A DNA stretch of 64,000 nt from an uncultured Propionibacterium sp. Its GTDB lineage: Bacteria > Actinomycetota > Actinomycetes > Propionibacteriales > Propionibacteriaceae. Positions within the stretch are counted from its first letter, which is position 1. Each line of letters starts with the position of its first letter. Position numbers and translations under genes: made by a program. The notes beneath the pieces were generated by a model, which saw only the letters and a list, made by a program, of their open reading frames with translations, was not told the origin of the DNA and did not search any database. The DNA is taken from contig CALHWB010000033.1 in the NCBI GenBank assembly GCA_938036835.1, positions 4,815 through 68,814 on the forward strand, written 5' to 3'. This document shows positions 1-9,449 of this stretch, one piece after another.

Positions 1-26
1 TGGATCGAGTCCTTGGCCGGGCCAGA

Positions 27-1079
27 TTGGTTGCCCAGCGACTGGTCGGGCCGGGTTTCCCGCGTCCGGTCGAGGCGGTGGCCGCCTTCGGGGCGCATCA
101 GGGCCAGGATCTGCCGGGTGTGTTGTCGTCGTTGGCCCTGCGCACCACCAACCGGTCGATGGCCCGGGTGCTGGACGCCTTCGCGGCCGGTGAGATCGTG
201 CGCGGCTATCCGATGCGCGGCACGGTGTTCGCGGTGGCGGCCGCCGACCTGCGGTGGATGACAGAACTGTGTGCCGGACGCAAACCGTGCCAGCCGGAGC
301 GGATCTGGGCGGCCCAAGGTATCGACGTGTGGCATCAGGAGCGGTCAGCCGATATCGCCGTCGAGTTGTTGACCCCGGGACCGGCATCCCGGGCCGACCT
401 GGCGGCTCGCTGGCGGGAGGCCGGCCTAGTGACCTCCCCGGGCGCCATCTACCACCTGCTCACCGGGCACATCGCGGCCGGGCTGTTGTGTTACGGGCCA
501 GTCCGTGATGGCGACCATCAATTGGTGCTGTGCGATGGCTGGTTGCCGGCCGGTTCGGGGATCGAAGGACGCTTCAATGGTGATCGGGAGGCGGCGGCCG
601 CGGAACTGCTGAGACGCTATCTGGTTTCCCGGGGACCGGCCACCCTGCGGGATTTCGCCTGGTGGAGCAAGCTGCCGCTCGGCCTGGTGCGCCGGGTCTT
701 TCCACTCATCAGGGCGGATTTCGAGGAGAACCCCGGGGATGAGCCCGGCTATCAGCGGGCCGGCCTGGCCGACGAGATCCGGCAGGTCGGCCGACAGGCC
801 TCGCGTCCTCTGCTGCTGCCCGGTTTCGATGAGTTCATCCTCGGCTACCAGGACAGGCTGTTCGCGCTGACCGCCGCCGACCATCCCAGGCTGGTACCCG
901 GCAACAATGGTGTCTTCCGGCGCAGCGCGATCGCGGGCGGCCAGGTGGTGGGATTGTGGAAACGGGCCGGCAGCCCGGGGCTGCGACGTTTCGAATTGGA
1001 CGAGTTCGGCCCACTTTCCGAGCGTACGCGCACGAGTCTTGCTCGCCGGTTCTCGGAGTTCCCGTTCTTCGCCGACTAG
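27..1079 (+). CDS. Winged-helix DNA-binding protein, AlkZ/HTH_42 DNA glycosylase family (may start before the window)
   Basis: GAHQGQD (QxQ/QxD-type motif), MRGT, GPATLRDFAWWS and LLPGFDEFILGYQDR are typical AlkZ-family motifs. Confidence 0.85.
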   Translation: MVAQRLVGPGFPRPVEAVAAFGAHQGQDLPGVLSSLALRTTNRSMARVLDAFAAGEIVRGYPMRGTVFAVAAADLRWMTELCAGRKPCQPERIWAAQGIDVWHQERSADIAVELLTPGPASRADLAARWREAGLVTSPGAIYHLLTGHIAAGLLCYGPVRDGDHQLVLCDGWLPAGSGIEGRFNGDREAAAAELLRRYLVSRGPATLRDFAWWSKLPLGLVRRVFPLIRADFEENPGDEPGYQRAGLADEIRQVGRQASRPLLLPGFDEFILGYQDRLFALTAADHPRLVPGNNGVFRRSAIAGGQVVGLWKRAGSPGLRRFELDEFGPLSERTRTSLARRFSEFPFFAD

Positions 1080-1435
1080 CTGGTGTGGGGCCGATCGGGC
1101 CGGCGGTCAGCAGTTCGGTGGGCTGCCTGGTCGCGCCCGGGGCGCAACCGGGAGAAATGGGCAAGATTCTCGGCCGGGGTCGACCGGACGAAACTGGTGG
1201 GGCCGCTTTGGTGCGCCCGTACGGTTCTCGCCCCCAGCGGCCGACCTCCCGGTCCGACACGCGAGCCTGCCCCGAATAGCCGTGTAGCAGGCCCGTGAGG
1301 ATGTGCCGGGCGGTGGATTCACCTGCCCCGCCGGGCCCCAATACGCCGAAGGCCTCGCCCCAGACTGCCGGCGGGTGCGGGCCGTCGATGGCCGCCCCGC
1401 ATCCCCGGGGTAGCGGAATCCCGGATCATCCGGTG

Positions 1436-2098
1436 CTATGACGGGGTTCGGCGGGGTTCCTGGACGCCCAGCGCGCCGATCAGCATCTTGACGACTTCGT
1501 CAACCACCGCCTGGACCGCCGGCTCGTCGAACCGGCCATGGCCGGTGAGCAGTTGCTCACCGGAGATGCCGAACCTGGCCATCAGATACCAGCCGAGACC
1601 GATCAGGGTGTGCTCGATCAGCCAGGCGGCCGCGTCGGCGTCGAGGGTGGCCCGCAGTTCCCCGGCGGTCACGCCGGCAGCGATGGCCTCGCTCACCCAG
1701 CGATGAATCTGGCCGGAGGCCGTCTGCACGGTGGCCGCCACCGCCGGGGCATCGTCGGTATAGGCTCGCGCCAGGATCGACCAACCAAGCGGATCGCTGG
1801 TCTGATAGGACGCGCTGTCGGTGATCATGGCCCGCAGCAGGTCAATGAAACCCGTGCCCGCGGGGTGCTCGGCCACTCGGATGAGCCGTGCCTCCAGGGC
1901 TTGGGTGACCACGAATCCGTAGGCATCCAGCTTGTCGTCGAAGTATTGGTAGAAGCTGCCCTTGGAGACCCCGGCGTCCTGGGTGACGCGGTCCACCGAG
2001 GCGTCCTTGAAGGAGTGCCGGGCGAATTCGGTGCGCAGCGCATCGGCCAGCCGGGAACGCTTGGGTTCCGGCAGATTGAAGAAGGTCTTGCGGGGCAC
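1436..2098 (-). CDS. TetR/AcrR family regulator
   Basis: MPRKTFFNLPEPKR...AGVSKGSFYQYFDDK N-terminal HTH. Confidence 0.9.
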   Translation of the reverse strand: MPRKTFFNLPEPKRSRLADALRTEFARHSFKDASVDRVTQDAGVSKGSFYQYFDDKLDAYGFVVTQALEARLIRVAEHPAGTGFIDLLRAMITDSASYQTSDPLGWSILARAYTDDAPAVAATVQTASGQIHRWVSEAIAAGVTAGELRATLDADAAAWLIEHTLIGLGWYLMARFGISGEQLLTGHGRFDEPAVQAVVDEVVKMLIGALGVQEPRRTPS

Positions 2099-2108
2099 GG
2101 CCGCCTCC

Positions 2109-2143
2109 TATGACTCGGCAGCCATATGACTGATAAGTCATAT
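2109..2143. promoter_or_regulatory. Tandem palindromic operator upstream of tetR
   Basis: Perfect ATATGACT-GATA-AGTCATAT (2124-2143) plus overlapping imperfect TATGACT-CGGC-AGCCATA (2109-2126), 11-45 nt upstream of the start. Confidence 0.7.
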
Positions 2144-2299
2144 CATAGCGGGACGACCGGTCGCTGTCCCGGGGCACCGGCACAACTCGACGGCTGCCCG
2201 GGGAAGGCGGTTGGGGCAGCCGCCAGCCGGCCAGGCGTGTCTCGTCCGCGGTCATGAAGTTGATCGAATCCGCGGGCACGCCGGCCTCAAAAACCGGGT

Positions 2300-2938
2300 T
2301 CAGCCGTTGGCGATGGGGCCGCTCGGCTCGACGGGGCCGAGCAGGAGACGTTCGGTGTCGGCCAGCAACCCGGCAAGATCTGCCGGGCTCGTCAGGTGCC
2401 CGGTCGGATCGCCGGGCAGCGCCACGGCCAGAACCGCGGGCAGTACCAGCATCTGGTAGACGCGGAAACGCAACTCCTCGTCGGTGTTTTGCCCCGTCAG
2501 ACGACGCAGGGTGTCGTCCAGCACCAGGTCAACCAGGGTGCCGATCGCCTCGGGTAACTCGTCGCGCCGGATGGCCTCGCCGATCAGCAGTCGCAGGAAA
2601 TCTCGATGGGGGACCAGAACGGTCTGGATGGCCTGCCGAATCAGTTCCGGCAGATCGGTATCCATGGGGCCCGGTATGGCATCGAGTAGTGCCGTCTTGG
2701 CGGTCAGCAGGTCGGCGGTGCGCAACTCGATGAGGGCATCAAGCAACTCGTCCTTGCTCTTGAAATGGTAGTAGAGATGCGAGCGGGAGACTCCTGCCCG
2801 GGCGGCGATGGCATCCATGCGGGCACCCGCGAATCCCTCACTGATGAATACTGCCTCGGCAGCCAGCAAAATCCGGTGCCTACCGGGCTGACGCAACCGG
2901 GCCGAGGCATCCGGCGAGCCAATCGAAGATGACCGCAT
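2300..2938 (-). CDS. TetR/AcrR family regulator (start uncertain)
   Basis: RILLAAEAVFISEGFAGARMDAIAARAGVSRSHLYYHFKSKDELL. Confidence 0.88.
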   Translation of the reverse strand: MRSSSIGSPDASARLRQPGRHRILLAAEAVFISEGFAGARMDAIAARAGVSRSHLYYHFKSKDELLDALIELRTADLLTAKTALLDAIPGPMDTDLPELIRQAIQTVLVPHRDFLRLLIGEAIRRDELPEAIGTLVDLVLDDTLRRLTGQNTDEELRFRVYQMLVLPAVLAVALPGDPTGHLTSPADLAGLLADTERLLLGPVEPSGPIANG

Positions 2939-4118
2939 GGGCCAAGCGTAGGTTGTTGATCTGGCAGTGCGCATCGGCTCCCTCGATCGCGGTGCAGCGC
3001 CTTAGCGTCACCGGGACGCCACGGCTGCGCAATGCCCGGGCCAGCACCCCGGTCTGCCGGCGAAGTTCCGGCCCTTCCGCGGTGCTGTAGCAGAACAGCG
3101 CGGGGCAGTTGATGGCCGTGTGGTCGACGCTGCGGGCCTGCTGGTAAACCTGCTCGACAGCTTGGACGAAATCTGAAGTGCCGAACTGCCAAGCGTAGCG
3201 CTTCAGGCTGAGTTCGGTGGCCTCGTTGAATCCGCCGGTGCCCTTCAGCAGCAGGCGCGGCAGCCATCCGGGGACGCCCAGTGCCGCACCGAACTCCTGG
3301 CGAAAGACCTCGGCAATGTCGTGGATCGGGGTGGCCGCAATCCAGGCGGCAATCCTGGAGTCTTCGGCCACCGCCTGACAGGAGAAGTAGCCGCCCCCAC
3401 TGACACCGTAGATCGCCACCCGGGTGGTGTACGGGAGCAACCTGTACAGGTGATCAATCACGGCGCGGATTGGTCGGGCCATGTCGACGGTGAAGTACAT
3501 GCCCCTGGCTGGTGTGCTGCCCTGGCCGGGTAGATCCACCAGGATCGCGTTGTAGCCCTGCTGCCAGGCGGGCAGGCCGGCAAAACAGAACAGATCCTCC
3601 CGGCTGGTGTCGCCGCCGCCCACCATGACGATCGCGGGGCGGGGCTGGTCGTCCAGCTTGACCAGATAGCCTGGCAGGCTGGCCGGCTGCCAGGGGACCT
3701 CGATGGCCGATACCGGCGCCGACCAGTACGCCATGGCGGTGCTGAAGGCCTCCTCCATGCGTTGCCATCGATCGGTGAAGGATGCGGATTCGGGATCGGT
3801 GTATTGCAGCGCGGCCCGGTTCGCATAGCAGTCGGTCAACGCCCAGAGCCTGGCCTGCGCCGTGCCGCCCGCGGCATGCGCTGCCGTGGTCTGCCGGTGG
3901 GCGTGGTCGGCCAGTCGGCCGAATTCCCGACGCCAGGCGCTCGGGCTGGCCCCGCGAATGCGCTGGGCGGTGGCGAACAGCGGGCCGTGGCCGGTCAGCA
4001 GATCGGCCTGCCCCAGCAGATAGTTGAAGGTGAAGTCCATATCCCGGTTCGAGAACTGGATGCTGCCCCGGTGGCGCGCCATGATCCGATCGGATGATCG
4101 CACTGCTGGACCCTCCAT
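2880..4118 (-). CDS. Alpha/beta hydrolase (alternative start at 4082)
   Basis: GGGDT, DLPGQG, nucleophile elbow GVSGGG, C-terminal GADAHCQ. Confidence 0.85.
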   Translation of the reverse strand: MEGPAVRSSDRIMARHRGSIQFSNRDMDFTFNYLLGQADLLTGHGPLFATAQRIRGASPSAWRREFGRLADHAHRQTTAAHAAGGTAQARLWALTDCYANRAALQYTDPESASFTDRWQRMEEAFSTAMAYWSAPVSAIEVPWQPASLPGYLVKLDDQPRPAIVMVGGGDTSREDLFCFAGLPAWQQGYNAILVDLPGQGSTPARGMYFTVDMARPIRAVIDHLYRLLPYTTRVAIYGVSGGGYFSCQAVAEDSRIAAWIAATPIHDIAEVFRQEFGAALGVPGWLPRLLLKGTGGFNEATELSLKRYAWQFGTSDFVQAVEQVYQQARSVDHTAINCPALFCYSTAEGPELRRQTGVLARALRSRGVPVTLRRCTAIEGADAHCQINNLRLAHAVIFDWLAGCLGPVASAR

Positions 4119-4123
4119 TCGTC

Positions 4124-4155
4124 TAGTGCAGAGATGTCCTAACTAGTTTGCACTA
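4124..4155. promoter_or_regulatory. Inverted repeat upstream of the hydrolase-tetR operon, candidate operator
   Basis: TAGTGCA(4124-4130)...TGCACTA(4149-4155), with internal palindrome AACTAGTT (4141-4148). Confidence 0.45.
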
Positions 4156-4421
4156 AGTGTGTGGTTGTTGGTAGGGCACCCCGGCATGTGGTGGCGCATT
4201 GCGTGATGTGAGCGCGAACGAAACCGAGCGCTTCGGATGCGCGCAGGAAGTGGGTGTTCTTGTCGCCGACGATATCCTCGGTGAACCGGTCAGACCGGAT
4301 GTGTGCCGGGAAGGTGGCTGCGGTGGCGATCGGTCGCCGTATGGGGGTGGATGCAAGACGGTGCGGGCAGCGTTAGTCGAGGCGGGGCTCATCGTGGGTC
4401 ACGCGATGGCCCTGCTGCGGC

Positions 4422-4923
4422 ATGGCTGGGGGAGTGCGATGGGGAATGCTTCGACACTACTTCCCGAACCAGAAGTCATCGCATCAGGCGTTGATCGTCA
4501 AGTTTGTTGGTGACGAGACCGAGGACTTCGAGGTTCGTGACCCTCGGCTCTCTGTGGCGGATCGGCTAGAGCGTTGCGTGTTGCAGTTTGTGCCGACCTC
4601 AGAGGGATCAGCGCATCTGCTCGACGTGTGATTCGGCATGTACTGGGTGGGCCTTGACTCTACTGGTTCGCTGTTTGTGTGCGAGTTCTTGGAGGCCTCG
4701 ACCGGCTGATCACGGGAACGCATTCGCGCGTGGCTGGAAGTCCTCGCGGCCGAAGGGTGCCTCGACCCGGCAGAGATTCGCACACTAGCGTTGGAACTGA
4801 GCGCTCTCATCGCCGGAGTTTGTTTGGAGATGGTCACCCCTGGTTCAGAGATGACATTGGACGACGCGACCGGCATTATGCGGCGAGCCGCACGCGCGAT
4901 ACCGAAAGAAAGTCACGCATGAC
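4422..4923 (+). pseudogene. TetR-family pseudogene
   Basis: GMLRHYFPNQ HTH end; the frame continues through in-frame TGA stops to RERIRAWLEVLAAEG...MTLDDA. Confidence 0.6.
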
Positions 4924-5052
4924 GAACGCACGGAACACCGAGACGACGAATAGCAGCCATCTACGTGCTTCAGCCCAAATGGATCGTCATCAAGAACGGC
5001 CGCGGGCTGCTGTCCTTACCCGCGACGCGGCCAGTCACAGAGGCAGATTACC

Positions 5053-5629
5053 ATGAATGATGCAATCCCCGACCGCGCAACCCTGCGCAGCGTGGAGCCC
5101 GACCCGTGGCATCTGGGAGACGACGCAGTTCGACCTCTACGGGCTCTCGGCGCCGTTCTCGGCGATCTGGCCGGTCTGCGGCTGGCGACGGACTCATCGC
5201 GTGGCGGGGAAACCCTCGACCAGGTGCGAGCACGACGAGGGACGATCGCACTGTAGCACCAGATCATCGACTTCACGCTCCACGGATCGGATGCCTCGCC
5301 GAACAGGAGAGCCGAGTCGGAGACGCTGTGGTCCTTGATCGATGGACTGTTCAGCGCTGGGGACGCTACGCCGACGCCATTGCCCGATGGGAACACATCA
5401 CCGGACGGTCAGCACCCGCGCCAGCACTCCTGAACGACGCCGACGGCCCCCGCCCAGCACCAGCATTCGTCGAGTGGCTCATGGGCCGGCCGGCTGGGTC
5501 ACCGATGCCAGTGACCTGACGCAGAACCAGCAGATCACCGCTCTTGGCAACGAGGTACTTGCCCTTCAGGCCAGTTGCGCGATGGACAGGATGCTCGCGA
5601 CTACTCCTTGGATACGAGACGTGCCGTAA
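5053..5629 (+). pseudogene. DNA (cytosine-5) methyltransferase remnant
   Basis: LRALGAVLGDLA; WGRYADAIARWEHITGR...PAFVEWLMG/AGWVT...QQITALGN resembles the motif IX-X region; frameshifted. Confidence 0.7.
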
Positions 5630-7280
5630 CCGTCGCGTTGTCGGCTGGGCGGAACGAACAGTCGATGTGATCGTTATGCTGTTCCACTGACTCGGGATCA
5701 ACCTCGGCGATTGGGCAGTAAGCCAGGATCGTTCCGATCGGCACTTCTGTCCCGCCGACGGTCACCGCAAACTCGGAGTAGAAGGCGATGGCAAACTTGT
5801 CTTCTGGGGCCGACACGCCCGCGTGCAGGCAGGTGCGAATCCCGGTGGTGTTCAGGCCTACCTCCTGACCGAGCAACAGTCGCTCGGCGGCCCTCCAGTT
5901 TGCGGCGTCTGCTGCCGAGATGCTGCCGGGCATCGCGAGTTGAGCCGTCGTGTGCTCTTGGATGGTCGCAAGGGATGCTGCGGTCTTGGCAAGCATCTGT
6001 AGGAGGTCACCATCGGGCAGACCGAAGTCGCCAGGAAGGCTCCTCTCAATGATGATCGTGCCACACTGATCCTTGATGACAAGGCGGTTCGGTGGATGTA
6101 GTGCATTGAGGAAGCTCAGCGCCGCAACAACATCGTGCGGGGCATGGCCCTCGAAACTGATGCCCGAGATGGTCAAGTTCATCGTCTGCGCGGATAGGTC
6201 TATCAGCATCTGGATTCGGAAGTTGTCCCCGAGTTCCGTGCCCGTTATTCCAGCGCCAGTGCCGTCGATCCCGAACGTGGCTGGCTGCATATCAATGAGG
6301 ACGGACCCGACGACATCGGCATTGGGGTCAACAGCGGCCATCTGCAGGACACGACTCCGTACCGATGACTGGGCAGCCATGATGTGAAGCTTCGCATTTG
6401 AGGTGTCACCTCCGAGACCGCCGGGCATGTCCATCTTGATGTCCACCGTTCCGACGGGCGCAGATACCGACGTCCCATACTTCATGAAGGAGGCAAGCTC
6501 GCGCTTAAGCTCGGAGTCTGGTTCGGCTCGGATCACAACCTCGATGGGGATCGGGCGGAAGTCCAGAGCAGCAGCAAACCGCGGGAACACGCGGACAGTC
6601 ACCGCGTTGTCGTTGCCGACGCTGTGGATCGCGGCGAGGATCAGGTCGGGCTCAGGCATGACGTAGGACTTCATCGGGCCGAGGCTTACTTCGTACCTGA
6701 AGTGGGGGTCCGTGTCCAGAACGGGAGCTATAGACTGCAAGTAGTCGCTGAGTTGCGATGGTGACACGAGTCCATCCCCGTCGTTGGGCTTCATGCCCAT
6801 TGCGGAGGTGAGCTGACCAACAACGGTTTCGAGTCGCTGCCTGCCGTTGCCAACGTAGTAGTCAACAACTTCGGGGAACTCTGCCGCGAGTCCATCTATG
6901 AAGCTGAGACCTCGCCAGTCACACGGGTAGGGCAAATCGCTGGTGATTTCGGCGAGCCACTGGAGGTTCTCGTTCGTGGGATCGAGAGGGAGTGTCAGAT
7001 GCCAGGCGGTGACCGTGTTGCTGTGGTTAATGCGGTGCTGCTCAAGCCGCTGCAGTGACTCTTTAATCTGGGACTTCTGCGAAGTCGTCAGGTTGGAGGC
7101 GAACTTCTTGACCTGGTAGACCTCTGCACTGCTGTCGGGTCCCGGAACAAGTAAGTCGATGCCACCATCCCCGGCTGAAGGTCGAACGCGCACGGCTGCG
7201 GGGTGCTTTCGGCATAGCAGGATCGCGACCAGTTCCTCCACCTGGTCGCCGCTGAGCCGAGTCCACTCGACTATCGCCAT
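5601..7280 (-). CDS. N-terminal PD-(D/E)xK (Mrr/REase-like) endonuclease fused to an unrecognised ~400-aa C-terminal region
   Basis: VEELVA...GDGGIDL...YQVKKF catalytic pattern; RBS GGGAGG; starts 36 nt after the brxL stop. Confidence 0.75.
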   Translation of the reverse strand: MAIVEWTRLSGDQVEELVAILLCRKHPAAVRVRPSAGDGGIDLLVPGPDSSAEVYQVKKFASNLTTSQKSQIKESLQRLEQHRINHSNTVTAWHLTLPLDPTNENLQWLAEITSDLPYPCDWRGLSFIDGLAAEFPEVVDYYVGNGRQRLETVVGQLTSAMGMKPNDGDGLVSPSQLSDYLQSIAPVLDTDPHFRYEVSLGPMKSYVMPEPDLILAAIHSVGNDNAVTVRVFPRFAAALDFRPIPIEVVIRAEPDSELKRELASFMKYGTSVSAPVGTVDIKMDMPGGLGGDTSNAKLHIMAAQSSVRSRVLQMAAVDPNADVVGSVLIDMQPATFGIDGTGAGITGTELGDNFRIQMLIDLSAQTMNLTISGISFEGHAPHDVVAALSFLNALHPPNRLVIKDQCGTIIIERSLPGDFGLPDGDLLQMLAKTAASLATIQEHTTAQLAMPGSISAADAANWRAAERLLLGQEVGLNTTGIRTCLHAGVSAPEDKFAIAFYSEFAVTVGGTEVPIGTILAYCPIAEVDPESVEQHNDHIDCSFRPADNATVTARLVSKE

Positions 7281-7316
7281 CGCCTCCCACCTATCTCTCG
7301 GAACTCGGGAGCGCGA

Positions 7317-9434
7317 TCACAGTTCACCCTCGCGGATGTAGGTGATGCCGAAGGCGAAGACCTGGCGGAACTCTTGGCGGCGGGAGCCGAGGTCGTATTG
7401 GTTGCCTGAGCCCTTCTGGAAGATGTCCAGGCCTCGTCCGAGGAGGAGTCTCCAGCCGTGGTCGGTGCGGATCGATCTGTCGTGGATGGTCTCGTCCCAG
7501 GTGACAGTGAACTGGATGCCGGCGGTGGCGGCGCTGTCCTGGATGTCTTTGAGCATGAGGAGGTGCTGCTGGGCGAACTCGCCGCTTTCGGGCCTGGTGA
7601 CCAGCGTCACCGCCATTTCGTCGGCGGGGTCCTTGGCGGCCGCGAGTAGCGCGAGCAGGTCGACGAGGTTGCGCCCTTGGTGCGGTAGGCGGATGTAGGG
7701 GTCGACGATGGTGATGTTGGTTGCGCCGTGCAGGTAGGGCATGAGAAGTGTTTCGTAGGAGACACCGCGCTGGTTTTCTTGGAACTCGCGATGGCCCTCG
7801 GACAAGGGGGGCGTTGTCTGGGCCGGGGTCGGGGCCATCGCGTTTACCCTGTCTGCGGGGTCAGGTGCGTCGGGTGAATCGGTACCGTCTACAGTGTTGG
7901 GGGGTTGAGTCCAGTAGTAGTCGGGGTATTCGTCTTCTTCGAGCGTGGTGACATCGTGCCAGGTGCCTGTGCTGTTGGTGTAGCCGAAGTTGACTGCGGC
8001 CATCGTGGGGTCGATGCGGAGGATTTGGTCTTTGACGCGCTTGCGCCCTTCGATGGCGAAGCGCAGCAGTTCCTCGATCTCCTGTTGTGTGGCTTCGCCG
8101 CCTGGGTAGATGAGCTTCATCAGGCCGGAGAAGGTCTTGTGGATGCCATCGCGGTCTCGTGTGGAGATGTCTGAGCCGAGCGTGAAGTGCTGCTGGTAGC
8201 GATCGGAGTAGTCGGTGTTGCGCATGGACCGCAACACCTCGGCGATGTAGTCGACGACGAAGCCGTAGCCGGAGGAGAACATCTCGCTGCGGATGGTGTC
8301 TACCTCCCAGCCGGGGATGTAGAAGTGGAGCCGGTCGAGGTAGGCGGAGTCGTGGTATGCCTCGGGCAGCTCATCGAACAGGTCGGAGTGCTTGAGCATG
8401 TAGGGCACGTTGTGGGAGGTGTTGCCTACGAAAACCATCGACGCTTCAGCTTCGAGGGTCTCGACGCCACGGGAGAACGACTTGTTCGCCATGTAGTTCT
8501 TCATGATGTCGACGAGCGCCTTGTCGGTGCGTTTCTTCTTGCCGGCGAACTCATCGAAGGCGACGACGTCCCAGTAGCCGACCAGGCCGATGCGGCCGTT
8601 GGCGTTGTTCACGAAGAGCTTCGGGACGGTGACCTCTCCACCGGAGATCAGCATGCCGTGCGGCGAGAACTCGGAGTAGATGTGCGACTTACCGGTGCCC
8701 TTGGGACCCAGCTCAACCAAGTTGTAGTTACGCTCAACGAACGGGATGAGACGCACGAGTTGTAGGAGTTCGGCCCGTCGTCCGAACATCTCGGGGTTGA
8801 ACCCGATGGACTGGATCAGCAGGTCGATCCACTCCTCGGTGGTGAAGCCTCGCCGCGATGTGAGGTAGCTCTCGTAGTCGAAGCTCGACATCTGGATGGG
8901 TTTCAGGCTCCCCAGAATCCAGGGCACGATGCGGGCATCGTCGCTGTGGAAGTACTCGATGTCGCAAATACACCACACGCCGCCGACCAGAAGCTTCGGG
9001 TTGGCCTTCACCGTTGCTGGTTCGACGATCACTTCATGTAGACCGAGGTTGGCGAACGAGGCTTCGTACACGTCCTGCTTATCATTCAGGGTGACGGTGA
9101 CCTTGTCGATGATCCGGTGGCGGCCTTTCTCACGAATGGTGGACTTCACCAATTCCGACTCGTTGCGATGCACGTAGTGGTCGGCCAGAATCTTGCGGAC
9201 CGCTTCGATACCGGCCTGGATCGTCGCCTCGTTGTCGGATGCGGCGTATTGACCGAGCAGGTACTCCAGCACATAGGAGGGAACGATCGCGTTTCCCTTG
9301 ACGGCCTTGACGAGGTCTTTGCGGACGACAGAACCCCCGAAGAGCAGGTTGATCTTGTAGTCGAGATCGCTTTGCTGCGATGCGTTCTTCTCAGCGTCAC
9401 GTTTCTCATCGGGATTGTCATCGGTGTGCGTCAT
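7317..9434 (-). CDS. brxL: BREX BrxL ATPase with a C-terminal MIT_C/PLD-like domain instead of a Lon protease domain
   Basis: VPSYVLEYLLGQY, NYNLVELGPKGTGKSH, WDVVAFDEFAG, AYLDRLH; C-terminal DPYIR...IHDRSIRTD...GRGLD. Confidence 0.92.
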   Translation of the reverse strand: MTHTDDNPDEKRDAEKNASQQSDLDYKINLLFGGSVVRKDLVKAVKGNAIVPSYVLEYLLGQYAASDNEATIQAGIEAVRKILADHYVHRNESELVKSTIREKGRHRIIDKVTVTLNDKQDVYEASFANLGLHEVIVEPATVKANPKLLVGGVWCICDIEYFHSDDARIVPWILGSLKPIQMSSFDYESYLTSRRGFTTEEWIDLLIQSIGFNPEMFGRRAELLQLVRLIPFVERNYNLVELGPKGTGKSHIYSEFSPHGMLISGGEVTVPKLFVNNANGRIGLVGYWDVVAFDEFAGKKKRTDKALVDIMKNYMANKSFSRGVETLEAEASMVFVGNTSHNVPYMLKHSDLFDELPEAYHDSAYLDRLHFYIPGWEVDTIRSEMFSSGYGFVVDYIAEVLRSMRNTDYSDRYQQHFTLGSDISTRDRDGIHKTFSGLMKLIYPGGEATQQEIEELLRFAIEGRKRVKDQILRIDPTMAAVNFGYTNSTGTWHDVTTLEEDEYPDYYWTQPPNTVDGTDSPDAPDPADRVNAMAPTPAQTTPPLSEGHREFQENQRGVSYETLLMPYLHGATNITIVDPYIRLPHQGRNLVDLLALLAAAKDPADEMAVTLVTRPESGEFAQQHLLMLKDIQDSAATAGIQFTVTWDETIHDRSIRTDHGWRLLLGRGLDIFQKGSGNQYDLGSRRQEFRQVFAFGITYIREGEL

Positions 9435-9449
9435 TGCTGCTGTTTCCCC

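Noticed and set aside
4150..4330. Direct repeat of the tRNA-His 3' end at the left island boundary
   Set aside because: No convincing copy was found by eye, so the left boundary stays approximate.
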